Assembly (NCBI RefSeq): GCF_018350175.1
Contig: NC_058368.1
Span: 127,164,001 to 127,228,000, forward strand
Length of the DNA: 64,000 nucleotides
From: Felis catus
Lineage: Eukaryota
Direction of reading: 5' to 3'
Shown here: positions 11,801 through 25,217 of the stretch, in pieces
Position numbering within the stretch: the stretch's first letter is position 1
How the letters are laid out: each line of letters begins with the position of its first letter
Position numbers and translations under genes: made by a program
Notes under the pieces: generated by a model
Told to the model about the DNA's origin: nothing
The model's database searches: none
What the model saw: the letters and a program-made list of their open reading frames with translations, nothing else

Positions 11801-14697
11801 TATCTGGGAGTTCATTCTATGATACTTTATACCCTAGGCGAACCTAGCTAGCATTTGTCTCACATTGTTTGAAAAACAGTATAGATTTCCCACATGCACA
11901 TCACATGGTGGAAGGATCACAAGGACATGCTGTAGCACAAAGGAAAGCAGCTGCCATACTTAATTCACAAATCAACAGCCTAGGTGAGCTACACTTTCTG
12001 GGTGCCTGCAGTAGATTATCAAACAAAATTATCTCATGCAGGACGTTGGTAAAATCTGTGGCTCTATTTTTACCTTTTCCTCAGGTACTGAAATGATGAC
12101 TGAAAGTATGTTGTACTTGCATTGTGATTTCAAATATCATTTTCACATCTATGACCTCATTAGAACTTCAGGGCTATTAAAGGTCTACAATGAATTTACT
12201 TTCACCCTCACATAGCTCTTTGAGGAACTGAGTCACCTGAGTACTTGTGCTTGAGTAAAAAAGGTGGGCTCTTTGACAGACACTTTCTGGCATCTCCTAC
12301 ACCTGATCTTTTCATCTGAGCATGCAGCTTGGAAGGATCCAAAGGGGCAACTCATCTGCTTGGCAACTCATCTTGCTTCCCCTGTACTGTGTGGCCAGCC
12401 ACACTGTCCACAAGCAGCTATCTGTCGATAGGTGAATCGTTGACTGTGTCCTCCTCTAAAGAAAGGCCGTTTTGAACGCTTTACCAAGTTCAAGAGTGTG
12501 AGAAAGAGAAGAAGACAGACTAGTCAGGGACTTTCTTTAGGATTTTCCCATTGGCTACACCCAGTGGCATCATTCCATCTGCTGGATTCAAAGGTGATTT
12601 TCCGTGAGGCTGTACCTACTGGAAAGGAAAGTCTTGGGCTATTTCTCATCTAAGTTCACCAACTGTTACATCAGTATTGTTGATTTAGAGCCCCAGGATC
12701 AGGCAAATATGGCAGAATTCCATGCAAATGCTTTCATGGAGTCATATCTTAAACAAGCCCACTAGAGAAAAGCAATGATATAAACCATCTTACATGTCCA
12801 TGTTAAATCTAATCAGAATGCTTGCTTCCTAAAGAAATTGTTCTCAGAAATGACATTGTCTGATCAAGTTTCTCTGTTTTCTCTAATTATTCACTGAAAT
12901 CCTTAAATATATCCTGACACTGAAATGTACTAAACACAGGTTAATCTTTTATCGTGCAATATAGTGTAATGTGTGAAGGCCCAAGACTTGGATTAATGAT
13001 TATAGTAAGACTTTAGGTTTTGAATGTATACAACTGAGTACATGTACATTCACTCTGGGACAAAATACCATGGTTTTAAAAATTCCTTCATTAGCTTGTG
13101 CTCTTTGATTTTGGTCCTCCTCCTATGATTTGAACTTAAACCTTTAAGGGTTAAGTGAGAATGTAAAACAACATAAAACACCTAAAGGCAATTACTCATT
13201 TTCTATTTATTCAATATCTTGCCCCCAATACCTAGAGCATTGCCTGAATCATAGTAGTTATTAAAAAAATTCATAAAATAAATAGTTATCACAGAAGGTT
13301 GGTCATTCCAACCACACTAACATTTTTATCTACAGACATAATAGTGTTAAAAACATAAGGGAAATTGATCAATATTAAATAACAATAGCAAAAACGTTTT
13401 CGTTTGCAGGAACATAACACTAAATTGCGCAAAGTCAAAAAGTAATCTACAAATTAATTACAGAGCATTATTAAATGAGTCAAAACCATTCTATAAATAA
13501 ATAATGCAGTACTTTGCTAAAGGTTGTTGCTATTATGTATAAGCCCTCAGGATGAAAACAAGGAGTCCTATTTTTAATACGTTCGTCACATTAATTAATG
13601 AAAAATATAAACAATTCATGCAAGCACGTCAGCTAAGCTTTACTCTCGGGAACCAGCAGGACATTTAGTAACAAGAGATAAAAGCAGGGAGCACTCTCCT
13701 GACATGGAAAACTAATTCTAAATTCTTGATTTTCCCTAATGGGTAGGGTTTAGGCAAGATATGGTGCAGAAGTGAAATATATAATCAAAGCCAACTTTCC
13801 CTTAGTAGGGGAAACAGGATCCCTTCGCTATTTTGATAAGATTTGGATGCTGTTTCCATACTGGCCCCAGTCAGCCTCTTCTGTGTGGTACGCAGAGCAT
13901 CTTGTCTTGCACCACACACTCTCTTGCAGAAGGAGAGGGGGCATGTCTCAATGCTCTTCCATTCTCCACAAATGCCGATTAAAATCTGTTCTTGAGACAG
14001 AATCTAATCTCACATATTCAAACTTGTATGAATTCAAATCATAACTTTACCTTTCCATGAAGTGTTTGCCTTTTTGGTCTTACCTCTGTGCAAAACACAA
14101 AGGTGAGAAAGACCCAAACACAAAAACTTGTTTTTATTTCCTTCTCAAAAGAAATTTTAATCAGTAGACATCAGCAAGATGAGGTCTCTTTGTTTATTTG
14201 GTTTTAAAATAAAAGACCTTTGTCTGTCACTGAAATTACATAAAAAGAAATTTAGTCATACTGTTTCAGCTCTTTAAAAGGAATGCACAATTCATTCTTT
14301 AGTGGTTCATGATCTGGCACTTTGTACTCAATATTGGCTTACTTGGCCATCTCATCACTTTCTTAAAGTCTGACACAGATTTTTGACTTCTTGATGGATG
14401 CCTGTACACTGAGAATTCAGCACCTCCTGAATGGAAACACAGCTGAAACCATAGCCATCTTTTTTTTTTTTTCCATCAAGCTACTGTCCTTCTCAACTTG
14501 CCCATTTCCCAGTCTTTACAGCTCAGTGATGACTGACCTTTTATCTCCACACCCCACTGCATTATAGTTGCAAATTTCAATGATGTTAGACCTATACAAA
14601 AGATCCAGAAACTGCCTCCTTTCTAATTCTACTTCCGTGACTTTAGTGTATTACCTCACTCGTCTTATTTTTTTCAACAAAAATAATATCTGCTCAT

Positions 14698-14974
14698 GGT
14701 ATTAGGTTGCTAGGGCTGCTATAACAAATATCACACACTCTGGCTTAAACAGATATTTATTTTCTCACAGTTATGGAGGCTAGAAGTCCAAGATCAAGGT
14801 GTGAGCAGAATTGGTTTCTTCTAGAGGCCTCTCTCCTTGTCTTGTAGATGGTCATCTTCTCCGTTTCTCTTCACAAAGTCTAGCTGTGTCTGTCTGTGTA
14901 TTCTAATCTCCTCTTCTTATAAGGACACCAGTTGTATTGGGCTAGGGTCCACCCATATGACCTCGTTTTTTTTG

Positions 14975-15006
<32 letters not shown>

Positions 15007-15114
15007 CGTTAATCATGTCTTTATAGGCTCCATCTCCAAAAAGAGTCACATTCTGAGGTACTGGAACTAGGATTTTAACACGAATCTTGGAAGAACACGA
15101 TTCAATCCCTAACA
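14698..15114 (-). mobile_element. MaLR solo LTR (MLT1A/B/C-like)
   Basis: GGGCTGCTATAACAAATATCAC...CACATTCTGAGGTACTGG...CCCTAACA; 5-bp TSD CTCAT. Confidence 0.88.
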
Positions 15115-15158
15115 CTCATATTTTTCCTATAGCACATGCTCTCATCCTTGAATGCTGG

Positions 15159-15390
15159 AGTTCTCCCTTAACCACAGGAGGTTTATTTCAAGACCCCTTG
15201 TGGATGCATGAGACTGAAAATAGTATTGAACGTTATATATACTATTTTTTTCCTATACATGCATACCTATGATAAAATTTAATTTACAAAATAGGTAAAT
15301 AAGAGATAAATTATAATACTAAAAATAAAATATAAAAATTGTAAAAATATACTATATTTTTATAGTTATATGAAAGTTATATGAATATGG

Positions 15391-15453
<63 letters not shown>

Positions 15454-15608
15454 CAAAATATCTTATTATACCGTACTCACCTTCTTCCTCTTATAATAAT
15501 GTGAGATGATAAAATGCTTATGTGATGAGATGAAGTGAGGTGAGTGATGTAGGCATTCTGATGTGACACTCTGAAGGTGTGTCAGAAGGAGGATCATCTG
15601 CTTCTGGG
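15159..15608 (-). mobile_element. MER44/Tigger7-like DNA transposon with (TTTC)n
   Basis: Reverse complement of the 25583-26287 element (TTCAAGACCCC, GATGAGATGAAGTGAG, AGGATCATCTGCTTC). Confidence 0.8.
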
Positions 15609-16679
15609 CTAATATTTTTCCCAGAGCCACTTTGATAGTCTTTAGAAAAGCCACGTTCCACAGCTACAGACACATCTTTCAACAAAGCAACTCCCTTCAG
15701 AACCCAAAGCCTCTCTGCCCCATGTTGATTTCCTCATTCAAGGCCTTCTACCATCCAAATTCTTGTTTTCAAGTTTTCTCTCCTATGATTCCAGTACAAC
15801 ACAGCCATGCTGGATTACTCACACACAGACCTCTATATCCTACTTCTGTCACTTCCACTTACATTTTTCTAAGTGACATCATTTTGTAAGACTCTAATAA
15901 AATGCTACTGTACTTCAGCATAACCATTCTCAATCTCATATACACCCTTCCAAACAACAATGGCTCCCAGGTCCTTGAGCCACAGCCCATTTATCCGACC
16001 TTCTCCTATGTCATCTCTCTTTCTCTGCCAGTTTTCTCACTCTCTAAATCATAAGTTCTCCTTTAACAGAAGATTTGTTGCATCGTGGATACTGAATAAA
16101 CAATTTACTGAGTTGATTAAAGCTGGTTTATTTGCCATCGATTGTTTCAGAGGTTAATAAGGCTAAAATATCCCTAACAGTTACTATTTATTGTTGTGTT
16201 CATCTTATAGACATGGCATAAATCATGGCTTCATGACTAAGAGACAGCAATGGTTACTGTGGTTGTTTATTTTTCTCCTGCAAAGAACATAAAATTTTCA
16301 CTTTAAACAGTTACAGATTTTTAATTTTATATCTATCCATGTATTTATATAAATGTATAGACTCTCTTAACCAAATTTTTGAGGGGGGCATCATTTTTGA
16401 AAACTAGGAGAAATGCTTTTATTATCTACCTTGTGGATTAGAGAACCTTAGGGTTCATTACTGACTGGCTGCCTAAAGTTTTGTACGATCTGATGTCAAG
16501 ATACTTTTTGATCATTTCTAGTTGATTTTTCCTTTGCTCTTCACTCTTTGTAAGGTTTAATCTGCATTTGGCACAAAGATTTTAGTTCTTCCCTATCCTC
16601 TTGTCCTTGAGAAAGCTTAACAAATTAACTTTAGGCTTTGAAAACACTATATTAATATAGGTCAAATATGGCCACCTCT

Positions 16680-17157
16680 AATAGTCTTGTTCATATAGCC
16701 TTTTCTATCTCTCATCATTCTTGGTGCATTTATTATAGAGACTAAAGAGTAAATACTAACTTTCTGATTCTTTCCCATTAGAGATGGCCATATGGTATGG
16801 TTCTGGCCAATGGGCTATATGATGAAATCTTTTAAGGGCTTTGAGGAAGGCTTTTGTGTTTCTGATAAATGGAATGGAAACATTTAGAGATGCCCCTCCT
16901 CTCCATTCCTCTTCCCTCTTCTCAACACTGCATGGAACACAAACATGTTATCTGTGGCTGCAGTTGCCATCTTGTCGTCATGAAGGACAAACCAAGAAAA
17001 GTGCATAGATGTTGGCCTTCAGCAATTGTTGATAACATCATACAACAGCTGAAATGCCTCCAGGGGCCACTTCATTAAAAGTAACTCCTCTCTGTTTGAG
17101 TCATTGTAGGTTCAGGTATCTTGTTATTTATAACGGAACACATTTAGAACTGATACA
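16680..17157 (+). mobile_element. Old MaLR solo LTR (MLT1K/L-like)
   Basis: TTCTGGCCAATG, GCAGTTGCCATCTTG and terminal AACTGATACA motifs. Confidence 0.65.
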
Positions 17158-18394
17158 ACAAAGTTGGCAGTTTGAATTTTTCCACAAAGAAAAACTCTTC
17201 TGTGGTTACAGAAGGTGCCTCTTAATCAAAATCCAGTTACAAGCCCAGAAATTCAGTTCCCTAGGTTGTAAGGAGGTAAGGGAGAGTGAGTTGGCTGCTT
17301 TCACATAAATTGCTCACCAGTAAGGGGATCTCTGTTACCTTCTTTCTTTTCCCTCAGGGATTATTACTATTTTTTCCTATATTTTTCAAGATGAGGGGAA
17401 AAATTAAAATTAAATGGAAAGGAGGAACTTTGTAATTTCTTGATAGCCCTCACATAGGATTATTATAATCTGCTTCTCATAAGTGAAGGAGACATAGAAA
17501 TGGTATAAAATTTTGTTGTCCATCTGTTTGTTCCTGTTTTGTTTTGTTTTTACATTCCCTGTGCAGAATAACTCATAACTGTGATCCATTGTTGACAAGA
17601 ATACCATTCATATCTAAAAGAAATTCAGGAAGCTGAGTGTGCCTCCCTCAAGCTCATTATTAGAGCAATTAAAATCAGTTGTTATGTTGTTTTAGGGATC
17701 CAATTTTGTAATTTATGTGGCCTGGGCATTATTCATTTTTATGGGGAGATTTTGGTTCCAGTTCTGTCACATCCTAAAGAGTTCTAATTAAAGACTCCTT
17801 GGGGAGTTTTTCCTTGATGCACTGGATCCAAGACTTTTTACCAAACATCCTGCTAAGATTATTTCTGGTGGGGATGATTTTTCTTTACTTTTAATGCCTT
17901 AATTGTATTTTACACACATATTGAAATCCCAAGACAGTAATCTCATTAAGAGATACAAAATTGTATCTATAATATAATGAAAACAATAGATGGCTTAAGG
18001 ATGCATGCAAATCGTTACACCTGCAGGTCTTGTTTATGCTGAACCAAAGTTGAAAAGTCATTAAAGAGAGTAATATTGCTGCTTATCTGAATAATAGATA
18101 CCCTCATATATTTATTTAATGCTAATTATAGGGCTATCTGTCAGGCACAAAATTTACACATAAAATGCACAGAATCATTATATCTCAGAGTAGTTCCATA
18201 TTAAACAGTATCCTTTCTCCTTAGGTCTCAGAACCTTGTAAGACTGGCAGCTGGTCAGACAAAAGAAGCTCTGTGGTGAGGAATTCTGGGAAACAAGTGG
18301 GAGGAGGTGACCTGGAGGACCTTCCCTGAAGCTGTGTTTGCACAGTTAAGCACAATGGTTTCAAAGTTGTTGAGATTTTTATGTTAGTTGTGAG

Positions 18395-18470
18395 TACCAG
18401 TTGTGGAAAACCAGTTCCAGTTACCAGTTGTGGAAACCAGTTACCAGTTACCAGTTGTGGGAAACCAGTG
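18395..18470. repeat. 27-bp minisatellite, about 2.8 copies
   Basis: Units start at 18395, 18422 and 18449: TACCAGTTGTGGAAACCAGTT(A)CCAGT. Confidence 0.9.
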
Positions 18471-18599
18471 CCTTCTAGCAACCCCTTGATACCACCACTG
18501 TTTTACTGAGGTTTACAGGGAAAGCGGAACTACATTAACATGGTCATAAAGCATTCATCGGGCCTTCTCCTCACCTCCTCATTCTTTGAAATAAATGTC

Positions 18600-18803
18600 T
18601 TTTGCTTTTAATGTTTATTTATTTTAAGAGAGTGAGTGGGGGTGGCGGGGCAGAGAGAGAGGAAGACAGAGAACGAATCCCAAGCAGACTCTTCAGTGTC
18701 AGCACACAACCTGATGCAGCGCTTGAACTCACAAACCATGAGGTCATGACTCGAGCCAAAACCAAGAGTTGGACGCTTAGCCAACTGAGCTACCCAGGTG
18801 CCC
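18600..18803 (-). mobile_element. CanSINE (older subfamily)
   Basis: Reverse-complement SINE ending GAGCTACCCAGGTGCCC. Confidence 0.92.
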
Positions 18804-20569
18804 TGAAAAAACTTTCTTCTTATATTTTATTAATTACGTTGCATGCATAGCATTTACAGAAGGGATAAATCAGTCAGTCAGTCTCTCCTTAGTAAAAATA
18901 ATGGAAATCTGACTCTCCCCATCTCTTCTTGAAATGTTACTGGTAAATGTTTTCCCCCTTTTTAAAACACTTTCTTCTGTTTTTCACTTGACTAATTTTT
19001 ATTGACCTTTCCTTCCTCAGCTTTTATATTATTTCCTTCCACAAGCTTTGATTTTCCACTCCCATATTAATTGGGTCTCCTCTTTATCTTTTGGGCTCTT
19101 TACTTCTTTGATGCACTTTATCTGATTATGCATTTAATTTTGGTATGACAAGTTTAATGTTCGTCTTCCCTACTCATTGTCAGGCTTCTGAGGGTTGAAA
19201 CCATGCCTGTTTTATTCACCAGTGTTTCCTCAGAGCTCAGCCCAGGCCAGGATCATACAGTATAAAGTGCTCAAAACATTTATCCATAGTAAAGGGCTCA
19301 GATTGCCTGCCTCATCTCAGATCATGGGAACCAACCCTGAACAATAACAACAATAGGAGTCTTCGGAGAGTAAAATACCCATTTTGCAGAGGAGGAAGCT
19401 GTGAAAATTAGAAGGTGCCCAGACTCTGGAAAAAAGCAGGAAGGCAAAGAAGAATTACGTCTTTTTCACAGTCTTGCTCATGGTCATGCTTGTGGCTATT
19501 AATCTTTGTTACTCAAGAAACATATATATTTTGCCCCTATATGCAGGGGAGGTCAATGCATAGTGACTGTAAATGGAGTTGAACCATACAATGTGCATTC
19601 ATCATTTTTACCCAAGGATCAACTTAAAATAAAGAAAGACATACGCAGAATAATAATGATGGCTTTTTTTTTTCTTGTTAAAGTTTCTGTGGTAGCATTA
19701 TAAGTGTCTCCCTCTCAGGGGTGAACGACTTGGTTCTTTAAAACACACCTTTCTGTAAAAAGATTGGGGGGGGATTGTTGAAGGTGGAAACAGGAAAAGT
19801 CAGATGGGAGCCGACTGCCTTGGTTTTATCTTAAGCTAACCATACCCTTATTAATGAACAGACAGGAGCAGGCTTCCAATCAATGTGGTATTCACATACA
19901 TAATATAAATAGTTCAAAAGATTCCAAAAATAAATGTTGCCATTTAGAACCAGTATGGTTTGGAATTTTCCTCATCTCTGTGATTCTGAAAAAAATGGTC
20001 TAGACTCACTGTCTATGACTATATTCAGATGAGCCCTATTCATAAAATGAGAATACAGAATAGACTGACTACTATAACAGTGCCACCACTGGGAAAACAA
20101 ATTGGCTCAAGAAGTAATAAAATAACTGTGGAGGCACCTTAAGGTAATCAATTTTGTCCTATGTCTTTTTGCTGTGACTCTGAAGAAAGCTCATTTAGTT
20201 TCTGCAAGTAGTATCTTGCTGCCTGGAATTGGTACCCACAAGCTTCAAATAAACTATTGCATGAACTTCAAGCTGCCCTTGACAGAAAGAAGGGCACACT
20301 CAGCTCCCAGCCACCAGGGAAGGTATAATTTCACAAGACGAGACAGTCAGGGAAAGTGATCCGCAGAGGGAACCCTTGCAGGGGAAAAAAAAAACAAAAA
20401 ACAAAAAAACAAAACAAAAAAACCCCCACAACCCTACATTCTCTCTCCCTCTTCATCAGTAACCTCGACAGAGCTATTTTGTGATTATTTCTCTATCCCT
20501 ATTTATGACTGCTATCATATTTTTGAAAAAGTATTCTTCGTGGTTGTTCTTGGAAGCAGGTACAATTAA

Positions 20570-20810
20570 TAAAAGTTTAATCCCAAGGCTAGGTATCCCA
20601 GGGTCCAAACCTCAGCTGCCTAGCTACCTGTGAGCCATATGACCTTCAGCCGGCCCCTTCCCCATGTGACTTCTGTTTTCAAGGCTGTGAACAAAAGGAT
20701 ATGTGGGTGATAATAATGCCCACCTCTCAGAATTGTTGTGAGGATTGGTCAAATTGCCACTGAAAGGCCCAGCCTAAGGCCAGGAAAACAGAATGGACTG
20801 AATACATCGA
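20570..20810 (+). mobile_element. MIR
   Basis: GGGTCCAAACCTCAGCT...TGACCTT...ATAATAATGCCCACCTCTCAGAATTGTTGTGAGGATT. Confidence 0.7.
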
Positions 20811-21672
20811 AATCTCATTCCCTTTAATCTTTTTGGCCTTTTCTCCTTCCTGTTTTTCTCCATCTTCAGCATATCACCCTCAGTAATAGATGATTATCTG
20901 GCTTGCCCGCCAAGCCTGCTGCCCACAGGGAAGCTCTGTGTGCCTGACACAGGATGTAGCCCCATTAGGGATTTAGTCTGTTTACACAATGCTCAGTTCA
21001 TGTCAGAATGCAAATATTCCTCAGAGAAAAAAGCACTAATTCGTGTCTAAGGACTTATTTATACTTTGAAGTCTTCTTCATTTTTTTACAGTTTACTGTG
21101 AGCAAATTCTGCTAAGGAGAATACAGGGAGAACAACGGCTTCGACTGAGAACATGAAGGTGTGCAGGGGCACAGGAAGGGGAGAAGCATGAAGAGAGAAG
21201 AGGATCTCAAAGCAAGCTGTTTGCATCAGTCACTCTGTTGAAACCTGCCCACCCCGCCGCCACCCAATTCTTAGGTAAATCAAACATACATTCTTCTTAA
21301 ATTGTCCACTGTTAGTTTTTCATATTTTACAGCCAAAATATTTAGGTGTAATATTTGTTAATGGCAGTCCCCCACCCCCACTCCCACCAGGGGATTTCCT
21401 ACAAAGTGTCAAGGAAAAAACAATTATCCATCTTGCCTGTCCCAGCAATCTGATCCATTACCAAAAGCTCTTCTAGGGAGGATTCTTTGAAACTGTACTT
21501 CAGAGACTGGTACATTTACATTGTATTAGTTCTACAGGTAGCTATGTTAAGAATTAAAAGTGAAGTAAGGGCAAGTAGAGTTGGAGTCTAGAATGTCCTA
21601 CCTTGAGGTATTAGCCAGAGAAATACTATTAAAGTGAAATATCTTCCCTTTTGTTTAAAATGTAAGAGTACT

Positions 21673-21885
21673 GGGGTGCCTGGGTGGCTCAGTTGGTTAA
21701 GCATCCGACTCTTGCTTTCGGCTCAGATCATGTTCTCATGGTTCATGAGATCCAGGCTCTCGTGAAGCTCCAAGCTGACAGCGCAGAGATTACTTCGGAT
21801 TGATTCCCTCTTCTCCCTCTGTCTGCCCCTCCCCTGTCCTGCACACACCCTCAAAATAAATAAACATTTAAACAAAAATTAATCA
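21673..21885 (+). mobile_element. CanSINE (older subfamily)
   Basis: GGGGTGCCTGGGTGGCTCAG head; TSD AAGAGTACT. Confidence 0.93.
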
Positions 21886-21988
21886 AAGAGTACTAGTTGA
21901 CGGTTACCTCCCAATTATTTTTAGAATAAGTTGTATCCATATGAGGCAAACACATCAATCACTAGATTTGTTAAAGGGTTTATGGGTT

Positions 21989-22064
21989 CTTTGTTGTTGT
22001 TGTTTTTTTTAATTTTTAATGCTTATTTATTTTTGAAAGAGAGAACGCAAGTGGGAGAGGGGCA

Positions 22065-22111
<47 letters not shown>

Positions 22112-22238
22112 TCCGAAGCAGGCTCCAGGCTCTGAGCTGTCAGCACAGAGTCCGACACAGGGCCCAAACCCACAAACAGGGAGATCATGACCTGAGCTGA
22201 AGTCAGACACTTAACCGACCGAGCCACCCAGGTGTCCC
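21989..22238 (-). mobile_element. CanSINE with internal (CA)n expansion
   Basis: Full SINE body; 16-bp TSD AAAGGGTTTAT(G/A)GGTT. Confidence 0.95.
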
Positions 22239-22477
22239 AAAGGGTTTATAGGTTGGAAGAGCCTTGTTTTCTCCATTCTGAAGATGTAGCTAATCTTTAT
22301 TACATATTTGATGCGGGCCTATAATCTATGTTAAGTTTTGCACTACTTATGCAGAGTATTTTCCTGACACTTTGCTACCTGTATTTAATAAATTCTACAG
22401 GAATTTTATTTCTTAAAATTACATATGCAAACAATAGTGTTACTAAAGAAAAATTTTGTTAATCTTCAAATGTTTCC

Positions 22478-22479
22478 AT

Positions 22480-22514
<35 letters not shown>

Positions 22515-22696
22515 TTTGGAAGAGAGCACACTCATGTTCAGAGAAGGGGCATGGGGAGAGGAAGAGAAAGAATCTTAAGCAGGCTCCATGCCCAGCAAAG
22601 ACTCCCACACAGGGCTTGATCTCACAACCGTGAGATCATGACCTGAGACAAAATCAAGAATAGGGCACTTAAGTGACTGAGTCACCCAGGTGCTCC
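22478..22696 (-). mobile_element. CanSINE with (TTTA)n tail
   Basis: GAATCTTAAGCAGGCTCC...GAGTCACCCAGGTGCTCC. Confidence 0.92.
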
Positions 22697-23289
22697 ATTC
22701 CTAAAGTGTTTTCAAAACCACACTTTTAATCATTAAGAAAATTAATTTTAATATTCTAAAAAGTAAACCGGAAAGTATGAATTTCATTTGTCCATGGGTG
22801 TGCGCTGAGAACAACTCCAGAGGTTACGGTTGATTATTATTCTCTGAATAAAAAGAAAATATAAGAGATTTAGGATCTTAGAATGTAAGTTACTGTCTTC
22901 AAGTACAATCACAGACTTGGTGAGTAATATTTTGAGTTAGGTACAGTTAATTATTTTGTTTCCTTACTAGTATCTTCGAAAAAAATAACACCTATATAAA
23001 CTTCTCTAAACCCTGAATACAGAAGTGTTAGCTTGCCATAAAAAGAGGTCCCGGCCATTTATTTATGCTATATTCATTTTTATAAAACACAGAACATTTA
23101 AAACATGTTGCAGTTTTGCCAGAATAGAACTTGGTAGCCAAGAGCTTATTGTCGTTTTCCATTATTAGCCCCTTTTATATTCTCTTAATAGAGCTACTTA
23201 TTTCAAAGGAATAAGTACAAGTGAAGGATATTGATAAACCTGCCTCTTTAATGATGATGGCTACAAAAAGCAGTGGTAGAAGTAGTAAA

Positions 23290-23500
23290 CATCTAATGTT
23301 TACAGGGTACTTATCATATGACAGGCACTATAGAAAGAATTTTACAATATTATCTCACTAATTCCCACAGAAACCTTATGAGTTGGGTATTACTATCATT
23401 TCCATTTACAGATGGGGACACTGAAGAAGAGAGAGGGTTCGCAGCTCGTAAGTGAAGGAACAGACCAATCTGGTCTGACTCCAGAGACCAGGACTAAGCC
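23290..23500 (-). mobile_element. MIR
   Basis: CCATTTACAGATGGGGACACTGAAG core; TCTGACTCCAGAG. Confidence 0.75.
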
Positions 23501-24146
23501 TCTCTTGGATGAACTCAACAGAATCTACATGCAATTCTACTAGAACATTCAAAATGATATTATAAAGTCATTTTTTCCCTTCTTTCAAAGTAATTCTTAG
23601 GGAATTCTGAGAGGGCATGGAGACATTTTAAGAAATCATAGAAGCATTAGCTTAAATCAAGGAATGCCATGAGAACCCTTCATTTTGTGGACCCTCTTAC
23701 CTACCACCTCATTCCCATCCTCATTCATGTTATATGCAACACATTACTGTAAACTACTTTTCTTTGGTAGTGGGGAGGGATGTTGTGAGGAAGAGACCTA
23801 GAGAAATCCATAAGTGAAAAATCAGGAGAACCACTAGTTTCATATATTATTTCCTATGAATGTTGAAGACAATCTCTCAAGGATTCTTAAGGTTCCATAA
23901 TCTATGATGGCCGCCAGCAAATGTTGCATCCCACAATACAACTTTATATTCCTATGCTATTTAAGAAACACATCTTATTTGATTCACACAGAAAACTTGT
24001 GAGCTGATGAGGAAAGAGAAAAATGGCCTTAATGTACAGAGCAGAGAGAAAGATCCAAGGCTATATGGCACAGTTCAGAACTAGCATCTAGGTTCTCAAT
24101 CCCAATCAGTCTTTCATGAGTGCAGAGGTCATATACATATGAATAC

Positions 24147-24183
<37 letters not shown>

Positions 24184-25217
24184 TGTTTATGTGTATAGTA
24201 TTTATGTCTATATATATGGCCTATGGCTTGGTGTAAACATTCTTCTCAGTGAACTACATTTTGCATAAGGAAACCAAGGGCTCAATAGTCTCATATCCTT
24301 GTTTAGTGTATTTTAGGATTCATTCAAGTGTCAACTCCAAAGGAATTGGTTATCTCAAAAGAATGTCTGGCTAAGCAGAGCTGGAAGAATGCATGTCATT
24401 AGCTCTTGAAACTTGTTACCCTGAGTTCATGTTCCTAAATGGTTTCTTTCTGAGAGGAAGCTAGAGGATCATGTTTTGAATCCAAGATAATGGAAGTCAG
24501 ATAGACATGAAAGAAATGGGATTCGGATACTAATCAGGAACTCCAGGGTAAGTATGCAGCTTCCAAGGTCCCAGAGACATACATGTCTTGAAGAAATGCT
24601 CAATTTCCAAATAAAGAATAGTTAAATAACAAGGTTTTATTTCATTTTGACTCTTACAAATTTCTCATTGCTGTAGCAACTATAGACAATAATCTGTGTC
24701 CATGGTCCTTGATGGCATTTTAGCACAATTTATAGAAAAAAAGTCAGAAAATAAAAAAATAATGTAAACTAAGAAATACATTATGAAATTTCTGTCCATT
24801 AGGTAACCAGCACCAACTGTACCGCCATTAGATTTCTGATGGCAATGATGTGTTTGTCATAGTGCCACTGCTTCTCCAAGTTCTTACTTAGAAGTTTAGT
24901 TTTATTAGAAGCAAACCCTACTCTATGTACACAGACAACAGACTCCTTGTAGACAGTGATGATCCTAAATATAGCTTTCTTTGAATCTCTCTGGATCACA
25001 CACTCTGGATATTATAATTAAGAAATGCATCTAAGTTTTTAAATCCCAGGTTTGATTCTCTGATCAAGCTAGAAAAGAGCCATACAAACATCACATTACA
25101 TATCTTCCTGAATATTTTATATTTTTCCAAAGTCATTTTCATTTGTTATCAATAATAAAAATCAACAACAACAGATCATAGGAAGCAGTTGAATATATTT
25201 CAGTATTTCCATACAAC

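Larger units (their letters stand above)
14340..16115 (+). mobile_element. L2 fragment interrupted by MLT1 LTR and MER44
   Basis: L2-like sequence on both sides (TGGATGCCTGTACAC..., ...ACTGAATAAACAATTTACTGAGTTGA). Confidence 0.5.

Noticed and set aside
12500..12625. Acceptor-like site followed by short open frames on the minus strand
   Set aside because: All frames close within about 31 codons and none resembles PDE4D
18395..18470. CRISPR-like appearance of short repeats
   Set aside because: No unique spacers, no cas genes, eukaryotic context; a simple minisatellite
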